From IMG/VR virus record IMGVR_UViG_3300020051_000004: DNA of 64,000 bases, one strand, 5' to 3'. The first letter of the stretch is position 1; every line of letters begins with the position of its first letter. The position numbers were made by a program, and so were the translations under genes. The notes beneath the pieces were generated by a model. That model was given only the letters and a program-made list of their open reading frames with translations. It did no database searches and had not been told where the DNA came from. Below are positions 31,842-43,335 of the stretch, one piece after another. This stretch comes from a virus.

Positions 31842-32342
31842 ATGGGTACTAAAGTGGATCGCCTTGATAAATTTGCTGAAGATTTAATTTTAAATAACAA
31901 GTCTTTGGAGCTTACGCAGTCCGAGAAAAAACGACTCTCAACTTTAAAGTTTAAGAAAGAAAAAGACTCATGGAACAAAGAAATCGAATACGACAGAATA
32001 ATCAACTTTCATGAAACGCCGTTTGTAAAAGATTTTCTTGCGGCGCGAAAATTAAATTACAAAAATGTCAATGCATCCATCATTGTTTTCGGCACAGTTA
32101 ATATGCATGTTGATGGGAGCCTTAAAGATGGAGCTAACTGGAGAACCTTGATTATTTTCCTTGATGGAGAGGGAGAATTGGCTTATATTGATGATAATGA
32201 AAAAATCCAGTATGAGCGCATGAAAAAATATTCGGCAGTTATAATTAATGACGCAAAACCTCACGCTTTTATCAACAAGAACAAAACGTTATGTCGAGCG
32301 ATAATTGCCGAGATAGAAATCAGAGAACTAGCGGCCCAATAA
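31842..32342 (+). CDS. cupin / 2OG-Fe(II) oxygenase-like protein
   Basis: HxD...H metal triad (MHVD...KPHAF) in a beta-rich C-terminal half. Confidence 0.55.
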   Translation: MGTKVDRLDKFAEDLILNNKSLELTQSEKKRLSTLKFKKEKDSWNKEIEYDRIINFHETPFVKDFLAARKLNYKNVNASIIVFGTVNMHVDGSLKDGANWRTLIIFLDGEGELAYIDDNEKIQYERMKKYSAVIINDAKPHAFINKNKTLCRAIIAEIEIRELAAQ

Positions 32343-33662
32343 ATTATGTTTGATCAACTAGAATACCAGAGAAAAATCTCGTTTTTTCAGAAAATGGTGT
32401 CTTTAAATAGCGGAGACATGGGCAAAATAGCCTTTCTTTGGTTATCATGCTCAAGCCAAAGGCATATCAGAGAAAAACTTGAGAAAGCATTTAAAGACGA
32501 TATTGAAGACTGCATCAACATATTCTCCAACAACGGCATTCAATATTGAAACCCGCATAGCTGGCGTTTGGGAAACCGTCGAAATTGCCCATTCTGAATT
32601 AGAAGCGGCGCAAATTGCCTCATTTTTAACATTGACAACTAGAGAAGAGTGGATTAGAATAGTTAATCCGAACAATAAAATTTTATGAACTTCACCGTTA
32701 TTAATAACTGGCGCACCCAACCATATGTGCAAATGTCTGTTGAGTCAGACAATGCAAAGTTAGATTCTGGTCTCTTGGACGAAACAGAAGCAATTGAATT
32801 GGCTAGGCAATTAATCAATGCGGCCTATGACCTAATTTACAAACATGAAGACGAAATTGCCCAAAAGTTAGTTAACATTCTAAATGAAGACCTTTAAACT
32901 CAACGACAAAGTAATCGACACATGGTACCCTGAAGCTGGTACAGGAGTCATTACAAAAATACTAAAAACGCGCCTAAAAGTACATTTCAAGAGGGCCGAA
33001 TTAAAAGGTGGCTGGAAATGCCCACTTTTTCGCGCCGCAAAAGAAAATGGAGAGTTGACTTATGACCGATCACACTATAAGTTTTTGAAACATGAACACT
33101 GAAACATACATAACCTACCTTGAGGATATTGTCTTATCCCTTTTTGCTGAAAAGAACAGGGAATTTACTCTAAAAATGAAAAGCAAGAACCCTAGTTTTG
33201 ATGGGTTTTCTTTTTCGTCTATTAACGCAAAAGAGGAAATTAACCGCCAAAGAAACGCCCGACTTAAATCATGAAAATCACCAAAACAAATCTCCAAGAA
33301 AGCCTAGAAAAAATTAACGCCGCATCATTTTTCTTTAGTTTGGAAAAAGGAAAACGTTCATCAGAACGGCCAATTAAATTAAAAGTAATTAATTTAAACC
33401 CACGACTCGCTGAAACTCATTGGAGCCCATTAGGAGAAATGTGCGTTCCTTTTCAAGATATTCGGCGCAAATTAATCCCAGGTATTAGATTCTTTGAGTG
33501 TTTCGACTGTGGAATCTCTTATGAAGAAAAAACCCGTGATTGTTTTTCTCCCTCCGTTGAAAGCTGTCCAAATTGTTTCGCCGACAATGCCCCATTTAAA
33601 AATGAACAACACCCAGAATGGCCGCTTGACAAGTCAGGAAACTTAATCTAATATACAAAACT

Positions 33663-34613
33663 ATGGGACTATCCAACAACGAACGATTTGAGAAAATCGC
33701 CTACTCCATTACCAACATCGTTTCTCAAACTAGAAACTTGAAAGACGATTACACTTATTCCAGACTTAAAAACCTTGTAGAAGAACTTTGGCCTGCGTTT
33801 TTAGGAAAAAGCTCAAATAGCCTGTTTTGGATTACTGGCGGGGGATTTGATGTTAGTCATTTTTCAGAAAATTCTCTGCTTTGTTTGGCTTTTAAAGAGA
33901 ATCAACCTAGAGAAGATGAGGATTCTATCTATGGACAAGACGAGGATGGCGTTAAATACAATGACTCTATCGAATCGAGAAAAACCGTTGGCAAAATGCT
34001 AAAACTGGAAACCTTGATTAACGATCGAGAACTTGCCTCCGTAGTAGAAATCCACCAATGGGCCGAAAATCTTTCTTACGCCCTGTGCCGATATGACGAC
34101 AGTTTTTCTAAAAATCTTTGGCCGCTAAATAAAATTGTCAGAAAAATTCAAGGAGAACTGTTTGATATTATTCGTGGCGATTCCAACTTTTACAGAGCGT
34201 GGCTGCTGACTAATATTGTGAAAAAGTGCGTAAATCTTTGGGATGATGACGTTGTATCAAAATGGATTCGCCATCAAAACGTCCAACATAATCTTCGTTT
34301 GATGAACTCTAGAGAGCACAAGTTGGAAGATTTGCAGGCCGTTTACTTTGATTTGCAGCCTCACTATGTAAGAGACGTTCCTATTGAAAAGCGCATGTTT
34401 ATTCTCTTGGCTCTTTGTGGGAGAAGGTATCACTACGACCATGAGTTCAAGCAACTTAAAAAATGGGTCGAACAACACAATGAAAAATCTGACGAAAAAA
34501 TCAACCTTGACAAACTCCAAGAAATCTTCTATTGGTGTCAGGAGCAAAAGAAAATTTACGACGAAGAAGAAAAATACGAAACCTATTGCGAACTAAGCGG
34601 CCAAAAAGTATGA
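33663..34613 (+). CDS. hypothetical protein (316 aa)
   Basis: Long ORF behind TTGACA(33626)-17-TAATAT. Confidence 0.7.
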   Translation: MGLSNNERFEKIAYSITNIVSQTRNLKDDYTYSRLKNLVEELWPAFLGKSSNSLFWITGGGFDVSHFSENSLLCLAFKENQPREDEDSIYGQDEDGVKYNDSIESRKTVGKMLKLETLINDRELASVVEIHQWAENLSYALCRYDDSFSKNLWPLNKIVRKIQGELFDIIRGDSNFYRAWLLTNIVKKCVNLWDDDVVSKWIRHQNVQHNLRLMNSREHKLEDLQAVYFDLQPHYVRDVPIEKRMFILLALCGRRYHYDHEFKQLKKWVEQHNEKSDEKINLDKLQEIFYWCQEQKKIYDEEEKYETYCELSGQKV

Positions 34614-36416
34614 TCACAGAAACAGACAAACTAGAGTGCGAAATCATTTCTTGCATCGAAGAGACTTACGAGATGTATCCTCATCCTTCGATTAAAAAAG
34701 AAGATGTAATGAATTACCTCGAAAAATGCTTCGCCGCAAAAAGAATTATTGACGAGCAGAACAAATTAAAGCAAATTAACCCATGACCATTACATTTTCC
34801 GAACACCATATTCCTGTTATTTTGGCCGCTTTAAATAAACTGGAGAAACTTTATAACATTAAGTAATGACTGCTGAACAAATTACCATTTATGCCGCCTG
34901 CGATACAGACGATAGAGGATATGCGTTAAATCATTTAGCGTATTTTCCCATTCAAGCAGCGGCAAACGCTTATTTGTCAACCCAAAACCTTGGCGGATAT
35001 TGTACAGTTCAAACTTTAAAGGCAATTCGATTGGCTGATGTAATGTATCTTTTTGAAAAAGAGGTGGCCGAAAAAGCTTTAAAAAACTCAATTCAATCTT
35101 ACACTCCAGTTGAATGTTATAGAGATTATTCTTATAGTAGCCTAGATAATTCAGCTTACTATTTTGGAATAGAGAACTTAAAACTACTTCTTGACGATGG
35201 GAAAGATCATCATCTATCCAAAGTCCTTCTTTTGAAGGACTCAAAGAAAGTTTACCTTTTAAGAAAAAAAGAACCAATTGAACTAACTAAATTCTTAGAA
35301 AGTAGAGAAATGGCAACAGCCCACGCTTTAAGTAAACTAACAGAAGAAGAGAAAAAACTTCTCGGACTGGCATGAAAAAACTCTTCAACTCCCACCCTAA
35401 ATACCTCTACGTTGGCCCAGATAAGGGCTTGAACGGATTGTTCTTTTCAGAACTCTCTAATCCTTACAAAGAGGGCGAAGAATGGAAATCTGGGGACGAA
35501 GAGCCTATGGTTTACATGATGACCAGAGAACGCCATGAACAAACTGACAGCCGCCAAAGTCTTTTGCCGAAAGTTGATTTTGGGGCACTTGTTGATCTTG
35601 ACTATGCTGAAATCGAGGATATTGGTGTAGGTGGCTATATTTGGAGTGGCACAAAAGAACAGCGAGATAAACAATTTAAGAAACTTGGCGAATGACAAAC
35701 CGCGAACAATCAAAACTCCAACTTGCTCTTGCAAAAGAACTTCCAGAATTAATCTGCCATGAGCAGGATCGTGATGAGCTTGGCTTGGTTGCATACGAGG
35801 GATTTTCGTGGAGAGATACTTACGAAGAGATAACTTCCCGAGAATGGAGTTGGATTGCTGACGAATGCTGGAGGAGATGGTTTAAATCCAATGGAGAAGA
35901 TTATCGAAATTATTCTTTTTTCTCATCAGAAGCGGATTGGGAATTAGTTGCTTCCGCCTACTTTTTAGCGACAAATAAATCAATCTAAAACAACTTATGA
36001 CCATCAACCACCAAACCCTAACTTTCGACGTGGAACACCAACCTAGAGAACCATCTTTAGGAATCCCACGAAGTTTTCACATCAAAAGAGTCTATTGGAA
36101 AGGCGTTGACATTACAGAATTTGTTGACGACTATTGTGCACCTCTTTATGAAAAATGGGAGGACGAATTAATTCCTTATTGATATGAGAAACTACGACAG
36201 AACAATTTTTATAAGCAAAACCTCTTGGCGCGGAAAAACTACCAGCCATCGAACTTCAACTAATGCGGTTACTCTGCCCGACTTGTTGGAAGCTTTCGAG
36301 AATCACTTAAAAGGCGCGGGTTTTATTTTTGATGGGCGGCTGGATTTTGTGGATGAATATGGCGATCCAGTGAAAAAAGAAGTTGACGGAAGCGAATTTA
36401 ACGAGTATTTTGAAAA

Positions 36417-36929
36417 ATGAATCCATCCAACCTAATCATCGAAGATTTTGATTTTCAACAGTATCCTGTCGTGCGCGTTTACCCATTAGGCGGCAAAACA
36501 GTAGTCCAAATTAGCGAACCAACCAGTGAAAAAAGCCGAAACCAACTACACGACGAGATTGAAGAGCTTGAAGAACAAAATTCTAGTTTAGAAGAGGAAA
36601 TCAAAGACCTAGAGGGCGAAAACGAAGACCTTAAAAAAGACAAAGACAAGCTAGACGAACAACTCAACGAGTCTTTTGAGCTTTTGGAGGAAATTTTTGG
36701 ATTTACGCCCGATTTTCATGAGACGATGCAGAAAAATCTTTGGGCGTTGAAAGATTTTATTAATAACAGGGCTCGTAGTAACGCCGAATTCGAGCGTTTA
36801 GAGGAAGAAATTGCTGGTTTGCAACTTGACAATCGCGCTCTTGCCTCTACAATAGACAAGCAAGACGAAACCATCTCAGACCTAACAGAACAACTCGCAA
36901 GATGGGAAACCGCTTATCCAAATGGCTAA
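36417..36929 (+). CDS. acidic coiled-coil protein
   Basis: Heptad-rich EIEELEEQNSSLEEEIKDLE. Confidence 0.6.
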   Translation: MNPSNLIIEDFDFQQYPVVRVYPLGGKTVVQISEPTSEKSRNQLHDEIEELEEQNSSLEEEIKDLEGENEDLKKDKDKLDEQLNESFELLEEIFGFTPDFHETMQKNLWALKDFINNRARSNAEFERLEEEIAGLQLDNRALASTIDKQDETISDLTEQLARWETAYPNG

Positions 36930-37759
36930 AATGAGAAGCCTATATACCGTCATCAACCAACTCCTAGAAGTAATCCCCGCTTCCGAGGAATCTTTGAGAC
37001 GGAAACTAATTTCGGCCCAAATTAAATTAAAATATGCCGCGCCCGAAACTTTTCATTATCACTGGTCAGTAGTAGCACGGATTTTAAAAGTGAATACACT
37101 TGACAGGTCAGATAGTTGGATTAAAGTAACACAATCAATTTTCAACAACCAACCATTACAAGAACAATGATGGAAAACATTCCAAATGCAATCGAAGCTC
37201 GCCGTTTAATTGAAAGAGGCGAATACGAAAAAGCTTCAAAACAAGCAGAACAAATTAGCTTGCTTATTCAAGAGGCTATTTCAGAAGGAAAATGTAGCAT
37301 CAGTGGAGAGGGCTCCTTAGAAATGCCAGTAATAAAGAAACTTGAAGAAAAAGACTATAAATGCAAATCTGGCAGTCAGTACAACGAAAACTATTGGTCG
37401 ATTTCTTGGTAACATGAAAATTCTACTCAGAAAAATAATTTGCCGCACTAATTATTGGGTTGGCAAGGTTTATTCTTTAGTTGGCCTTTGCCCAAAATGT
37501 TTTCGCGGGCTATCAGCTAATCGCCACCAACTATTTTGCATAAATCCTGACTGCAAATTCAGAACCAACAAGTTGTTTTAACCTTTATGAGAAAAAGAGA
37601 ATTAGTTTTAATGGGTTTTTTGGGCGGATTTACTGCTGCGTCTGCTCTTTGGATACCCGTTTTTGTAGTTTCTAATCGAACCTCTGCCATAAAAGCTGGT
37701 GTCGCCGAATATACAGTTGACAAAACCACAGGAGAGGTTAAATTTCAGTACATTAAACC

Positions 37760-38170
37760 ATGAACATCCGCCTTTTTTCTAAAAAGCACAACCTATACAC
37801 CAACTCCCCACTTTGGCCGTCTAATCAGAGGTCATTTTCAGATTGGGCGCTTAGTCCAAGCGGAGAAGTTATTGAAATTGTTTCTTTTGACGACGAAAGA
37901 TCAAGTTCTTACATAACCAAGCATGACCCTAGAACTTTCGACATTGAACCTTGGAGTGGCTACTTTGACTCAACGGGCAAGAAAATTTATCGCGGAGACA
38001 TTATTGAATGCGAATCAATGTTTCATTTTATCTCTGAGGTAACTTGGAAAGAAGGAGCATTCTGGCTGAAAACTCTTGACGAACACGGTTTAGACCGACA
38101 GTTCAATGGTTATTTGTCAAATATTTGGACGGTCACGAAAAACATTCATGGAGTAGAGTATGCTGATTAA
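37760..38170 (+). CDS. YopX-family protein
   Basis: SGYFDSTGKKIYRGDII...V.WKEGAF...V..NIH. Confidence 0.75.
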   Translation: MNIRLFSKKHNLYTNSPLWPSNQRSFSDWALSPSGEVIEIVSFDDERSSSYITKHDPRTFDIEPWSGYFDSTGKKIYRGDIIECESMFHFISEVTWKEGAFWLKTLDEHGLDRQFNGYLSNIWTVTKNIHGVEYAD

Positions 38171-38305
38171 CCTTCTTAAACTGCTAGCGTTAAAACTTTT
38201 ATGCGGCGCATTAAAATTAATTTGCGGCCCAAAAAAGACCGCCTTCCAGAATAGCTTAAAGAGGAAAGGCGAAAGGCTTTGGACAAAGATTCTGGAGTTT
38301 TAATT

Positions 38306-38338
38306 TTGACAAACAAACAAAAACACATATAATACAAC
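38306..38338 (+). promoter_or_regulatory. consensus sigma70 leaderless promoter
   Basis: TTGACA-16-TATAAT-5nt-ATG(38339). Confidence 0.8.
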
Positions 38339-38825
38339 ATGCAAAACACACTCTACCACTCAAGCACAAACACAACGGGGCGAGAAGAAAACTCCGCCGA
38401 AACGCCCGACACGCTAACTACGCAAGCGCCCAAGGACACCAACGCCCCGTTGTTGTCTGCTGCGCCTTGTTCTGCCGTCGATTGCTCTAAGACGTTGAAG
38501 GAGAGGCTTGAAAGCGCCGTAAAGAGAATCAGTCTTTTAAAAGAGATTTCAACCCTTGGAGACAAGATTCTCTCTCAGATGCGTAGTTCGTCAGTGACTC
38601 CAGATGAGATTGCATCTCTTGCAGACTCTCTAATGAAAGCTCCGAAGTAAATGAAGGTTCTTTAGCTCTGATTGTCTCGATGTTAACTAAAGCGTCGATT
38701 GCTTTAAACATTGTGATAGTCGTCTTAACGATTGTTGTTTTTTCTTGTGGTGTCATATCTAGTTAGAAAATCTTCGATTTTAATTTTTGGGCCGCGAATA
38801 AAAATTGGTTTGGGGCAGAACGGAA

Positions 38826-38863
38826 AGCTCACCCACTGAGCCTTAGCGAAGTTGGGTGAAGCT
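38826..38863. repeat. REP-like imperfect palindrome with an AGCCTTAGCGAAG core
   Basis: AGCT-CACCCA-CT...AG-T-TGGGTG-A-AGCT in intergenic DNA. Confidence 0.45.
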
Positions 38864-38909
38864 AATTGGCGGAGAGAAAGTGTAATGTACTGTACAACTT
38901 CCTAATACT

Positions 38910-39098
38910 ATGAACGAACTCATTACATGGACAATCGCCCACAGTAGCGACATTTACGTTGCTATCACAAGCCTCGTTACCGCTGCTGCCGCAATAACGG
39001 CTCTCACGCCATCGCCTAAAGATGACGGCGCAATTAAGAAGGTCAGAGAAATTCTCGACAAGGTTGCCTTCAATTTTGGTTTTGCCAAAAACAAGTAA
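38910..39098 (+). CDS. putative holin
   Basis: 62 aa; TM segment (AITSLVTAAAAITALTP), TPSPKDD turn and basic tail ..AFNFGFAKNK; followed by a terminator. Confidence 0.65.
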   Translation: MNELITWTIAHSSDIYVAITSLVTAAAAITALTPSPKDDGAIKKVREILDKVAFNFGFAKNK

Positions 39099-39117
39099 CA
39101 ATTAGCCAACCAATTCG

Positions 39118-39149
39118 CCCGCGCATCTTTTTTAGGTGCGCGGGTTTTT
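39118..39149 (+). terminator. intrinsic terminator
   Basis: CCCGCGCATC-loop-GGTGCGCGGG followed by TTTTTG, between convergent genes. Confidence 0.85.
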
Positions 39150-39152
39150 GTT

Positions 39153-39785
39153 TTACAGATACTTCTCAAAAGCCTCTCTTAACTTCTGCGGAATAACCTC
39201 ATACTTTCGGCGCAACTTAGGCTCACATGCCGCCAAAATCTCAGGTTGGTAAAGAGGCTTCTTGAACCATTCGCCTGTTTCCGCTACCCAAAGGTATCCA
39301 TAAAGATAAACGCTTGCCATTCTAGCATAACTTTCTGGCGAAACAATGTGAGAAAACTTTCGGCGGATTAATTTTAGGGCCATTTTTTCGCATTCTAGCT
39401 CAATTTTTATAGCAGCTTGAGTTAGTTCGTTGATTTTGTAGTGTTTGGCCCCTTCTAGCCAGTAGAAAAATTTAGAGTGGTTGGCTGAAATTGTCGGGTC
39501 GTTATAAATACTATGAGGGTTTTTGAACTGCAATGAGTGGCAATATTCGTGGCACAACAAAAAAACAAACCTCTGCAACCCTCCTCCTAAGCAGACAGCC
39601 AACTTCCTCTCAAAAGAGTCAAAATACCCTCCACATTTGCCACATCCTAATTTCACGCTAGAATGTTCAGACACAATGAATTGAATATTGCGGCGCTTTA
39701 AATCTTCTGACACCTCATCAACGAACGAGAGAACATCCTTGGGCATCTTTGAGAGGATTTTTTTGGCGCGGGTGGATGCTTTCAT
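39153..39785 (-). CDS. HEXXH zinc metallopeptidase-like protein
   Basis: CGGYF...LLCHEYCHSLQ...ELECE. Confidence 0.65.
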   Translation of the reverse strand: MKASTRAKKILSKMPKDVLSFVDEVSEDLKRRNIQFIVSEHSSVKLGCGKCGGYFDSFERKLAVCLGGGLQRFVFLLCHEYCHSLQFKNPHSIYNDPTISANHSKFFYWLEGAKHYKINELTQAAIKIELECEKMALKLIRRKFSHIVSPESYARMASVYLYGYLWVAETGEWFKKPLYQPEILAACEPKLRRKYEVIPQKLREAFEKYL

Positions 39786-41586
39786 TACTGTACTTTACAG
39801 TTTTTTGGGCGAAACTCAACAAAAAATTTGACAGCGGCCAAAGTTATTTTATACTGGGGAATGATTGATTTGAGTAATCCAGCACATGTTTTCGTTCTAC
39901 TTATAGTTTTTGCTCTTTGGGGAGCCGCGAATTATTTTGCAGCGCAAAATAAGTCAACAACTCCCATGACAATTACTTTTGTTTTTTGGATATTTTTAAT
40001 TGCAGCTATTGCCTCCTCGTTCACTCACGCAATTTTCAATCAACTATGATTAACATAAACAACCCGTCACATTGTCTAATTATCATCCTAGCTTTCCTAT
40101 TCTGGGGAATCTTATCCAGCAACGCAAACAAGAATGACTTATACTTCAGGACATGGCTGGCTGTTTGTTGGTTGGCGACTTTTGGTGGGTGTTGTTGTTT
40201 TTTGGAAATTATTCGTGGGGTTTTCCGTTAAACTTGCATGATTAAACTACTAAGAAACTGTGAAATTTACGTTGACAATGGTTCCTTATGCGGCGACGGT
40301 TGCTGCTGGAACGCATGGTGGGAAAGTGAAAAATTCTTTGCGGGCGAAGAAATTAATGACAATAATCCAAAATACAACATTTCTAGCTTGACAGAGGGAG
40401 AAGATTACGTTAAAATTGACCCATGAACTCAGACTACCCCCACACCCCAAAAGTAATCAAAGACGCACTATTTTCTTGTGTCATTCGCGACTTTAAAACA
40501 GACAACGATAAAAAGTTGAATGACTTTTTGTTTGACATTCTTAACGAATGCGAGAGAGTTTTCTCAGAAAGGAGCAAGCAATAATGATCGCTTGGAAAAT
40601 CCTCAAGGGTGCGATTACCCTGTCTATCATTTGGGTAATTTGTTTGGCGGCAAGTCCAGTTTTTCTGGGAATTATTGCGGCGCGATATGTTCAAGATTTT
40701 CTTGCGGCAAAGAAAAAATTAGTTGACGAGCCGAAAAGTTTGAGTTATGTTCCTGCGTCAAGGGATAACGAAATTCACTCGTACAACTAAAATGGTCATT
40801 GCTCTACACGACACTGTAATTAATCTATCCAATATTTGCTCTATCGAGCCCCGCGCTCACAAGGATACTCCTTATGATAGATATGTTCAAATGTTTGACG
40901 TTAACGGCTCCTTCGGGCAAACCAGATACATTATTCACAGAGGAGACTTTTACAAAACCCCTGAAGAAGCTGTCCAAGCAGCCAAAAACGCCTTACACTT
41001 AGCTTGTTTTGAACAAAAAATTTAATATGAACCGCGCCATCTTAATTTTCCTCTTAATTGCAAGTATTTGCTTTTTTTTACTGCCATTTTTTATCTTTTA
41101 ACGACCATGACAATCACTACAAAATTCCAACCCCGCCAAAAAGTCTGGACTATGATTGGTTCTGACTGCTTAGCTAAGCCAGTTGAAGTAGAAATCCTTA
41201 AAACAAAAATTATCATTAACCCAGATGATGATCGACCAATTATTCGATACTTTTTTCAAAAATCTACTGTTGACGAACCCATAGAAATGGGCGAATTTGC
41301 ATTCTACGAAACCAAAGAACAACTAATCGCCGCCCTTTACAAATAATCCAATATGAAATCAGAAAAAACACTAGAACCCGCCGAACCAATCTTTTTTCCA
41401 ATTTTGATGGAACATAAAAACAATGATTTCGTCGTTCTTTTTACATCAAGCAGGAAGGGAATCGTTATCGACTCTCAAATTTCATCTTACGAAATTGGCC
41501 ATACAAGCAATTTCTGGCACGATGCTGGAAATACCCAACACTGGCACCCTTTTCAAGGAAAAATCACACTCTCTAATTAACACATT

Positions 41587-42090
41587 ATGCACTACGACAC
41601 ACCACCCCAAGAAACCCTTGACCTAATTAACTTTATCAAGGACAAACATCACCCCGAACTCCGCGACAACAACGTAACAGTTGACGCAATCTTCGCCTAC
41701 AATGACAAATCGGAGTACCCAGTAAAGCAAGGCGGTTATCCTGTTCTTGCTTTTACAAAAGTTACGCCGCTAAAAAACCGCGTAAAAGGTTTTGCCGACG
41801 TTGAAATCACCATTGATGGCTCTGCATGGGAAAGCCTTAACGACGCTCAAAAAGAGGCTCTAATTGACCGAGAACTGTATTCCCTTACCCTAATTTACGA
41901 CAAAGAAGGGGCGCTTAAAACTGATGACGCGAATCGTCCAAAAATCAAGCTCAAAAAATACGACTACAGGCTGAGTTGGTTCAGGGAAATCGCCACTCGT
42001 CACAAAGAAAACTCTCCAGAAGTTTATCAGGCAAAAATTCTCTGGAACCAAGACGGCCCGACATTTTTTCCGAAAGTTTTTCAGGAATAG
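41587..42090 (+). CDS. putative phage metallopeptidase-family protein with a degenerate active site
   Basis: HPEL...D..ITID...W..L...QKEALIDRELYSL (the family motif is normally DHELxH). Confidence 0.55.
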   Translation: MHYDTPPQETLDLINFIKDKHHPELRDNNVTVDAIFAYNDKSEYPVKQGGYPVLAFTKVTPLKNRVKGFADVEITIDGSAWESLNDAQKEALIDRELYSLTLIYDKEGALKTDDANRPKIKLKKYDYRLSWFREIATRHKENSPEVYQAKILWNQDGPTFFPKVFQE

Positions 42091-42127
42091 TATTTGACAA
42101 ATCAACAACCTAACATTATAGTAACAC

Positions 42128-42463
42128 ATGGACAATTTTTCAGCATTTGCAATGGGAGCAGCTAATCGGGGAAAACCAATTAAAGTTTTCGACTGGATTA
42201 AGGCGGCAAAAATAATTAAAGAAAGCGGCCAAACAAAAGCTTCCGCTGGCCTTTCAGGCGATTGGGAATATACAGGAGGTGTTATCTTTGAAGATGGGAA
42301 GCCTAATTTTGACGAATACACCTATCTCGCATCAACATGGGCGACTCCAGAGCTGGAGATCGGAGATGATTTGATTGACTGTTGGATTTATCAGAAAGAC
42401 TCTCCAGATTGGGATTCTGATACAAAATGGCCAAAAGAAGCCTTAGACATTTTAAAACAATAG
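42128..42463 (+). CDS. phage hypothetical protein
   Basis: VFDWIKAA.IIKE...AGL..DWEYTGG.IF...YLAS.WATP; own promoter TTGACA(42094)-17-TATAGT. Confidence 0.7.
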   Translation: MDNFSAFAMGAANRGKPIKVFDWIKAAKIIKESGQTKASAGLSGDWEYTGGVIFEDGKPNFDEYTYLASTWATPELEIGDDLIDCWIYQKDSPDWDSDTKWPKEALDILKQ

Positions 42464-42766
42464 TTTGACACAATCTAAAACCCTGATATATTAACAATAT
42501 GAACAACAACCTAAAACGCGGCCCAAAAACCAAAACTCTAATTACAATCCCCCTATCGGAGCTTGTAAAGAACCTTCCCGTCAGCGGAAACGTCAAAGTT
42601 AGCCGAGTCTGGTATGATTCGGTCAAAGAAACTCTTGGATTTTCTAGTGAGACTAACGAGCTTCCTGAAAACCAGCAATTAGACCCAGAGCCCGAAAACA
42701 AAATCTTCGTAGAGTCTATCGACCTTGATAGTGAAGACTAATTCTCAAACAGGAAAACAAAAACAC

Positions 42767-42988
42767 ATGAACAAAAAAATCGACATCGAAACCCTAAAAT
42801 CCATCGCGAAAAACTTTTCGACAAAGAAAGGCCGCAAACGTCTTTTCTCTGACGAACAACTTGACGCAGTGCGGAAACTTCGCTCTAGTGGATTGGGGCA
42901 CCAAGCTATCTTTCAAGCACTAAAGAGTCAAGGACAGATGCCTTATGGTAGTTATGGAAGCTATTATCAAGCGTATAAAAACCGTTAA
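42767..42988 (+). CDS. small HTH DNA-binding protein
   Basis: KGRKRLFSDEQLDAVRKLRSSGLGHQAIFQAL resembles a resolvase-type GRxR + HTH. Confidence 0.5.
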   Translation: MNKKIDIETLKSIAKNFSTKKGRKRLFSDEQLDAVRKLRSSGLGHQAIFQALKSQGQMPYGSYGSYYQAYKNR

Positions 42989-43219
42989 TCTAAAAAACAT
43001 GAAAGATTTAATCGCCGCCCTAAATATTTTCCTAAAATATGGAAACCCATACTCGCCAACTCGTTGCGAACATGACGAATTGTGGATTTGTGGATATGAA
43101 GATGCTGAAATCTCAGATGAAGACAAGGTTCAACTAGAAAAACTAGGCTTTCGTTACGATGGTAACGGATGGAAGTCATATCGCTACGGCAGCGCATAAA
43201 CAAATTTCGGCTGAAAATT

Positions 43220-43335
43220 AAACGCCTGTTCTCCGCCGAATCGAACAAGCAAAGGTGTTTTTCCCGCCGCAAGATTAGGTTTCCCACCGAGTCTAGCTAA
43301 TTTGATCCCAAGTTGGCGAATGTGGCGGGGTTTTT
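43220..43335 (+). ncRNA. putative structured RNA or complex terminator
   Basis: AAACGCCT/AGGTGTTT stem, then CCCGCCGCA/TGTGGCGGG stem enclosing AGATTAG/CTAATTT, then a T tract; follows AACAAATTT. Confidence 0.45.
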
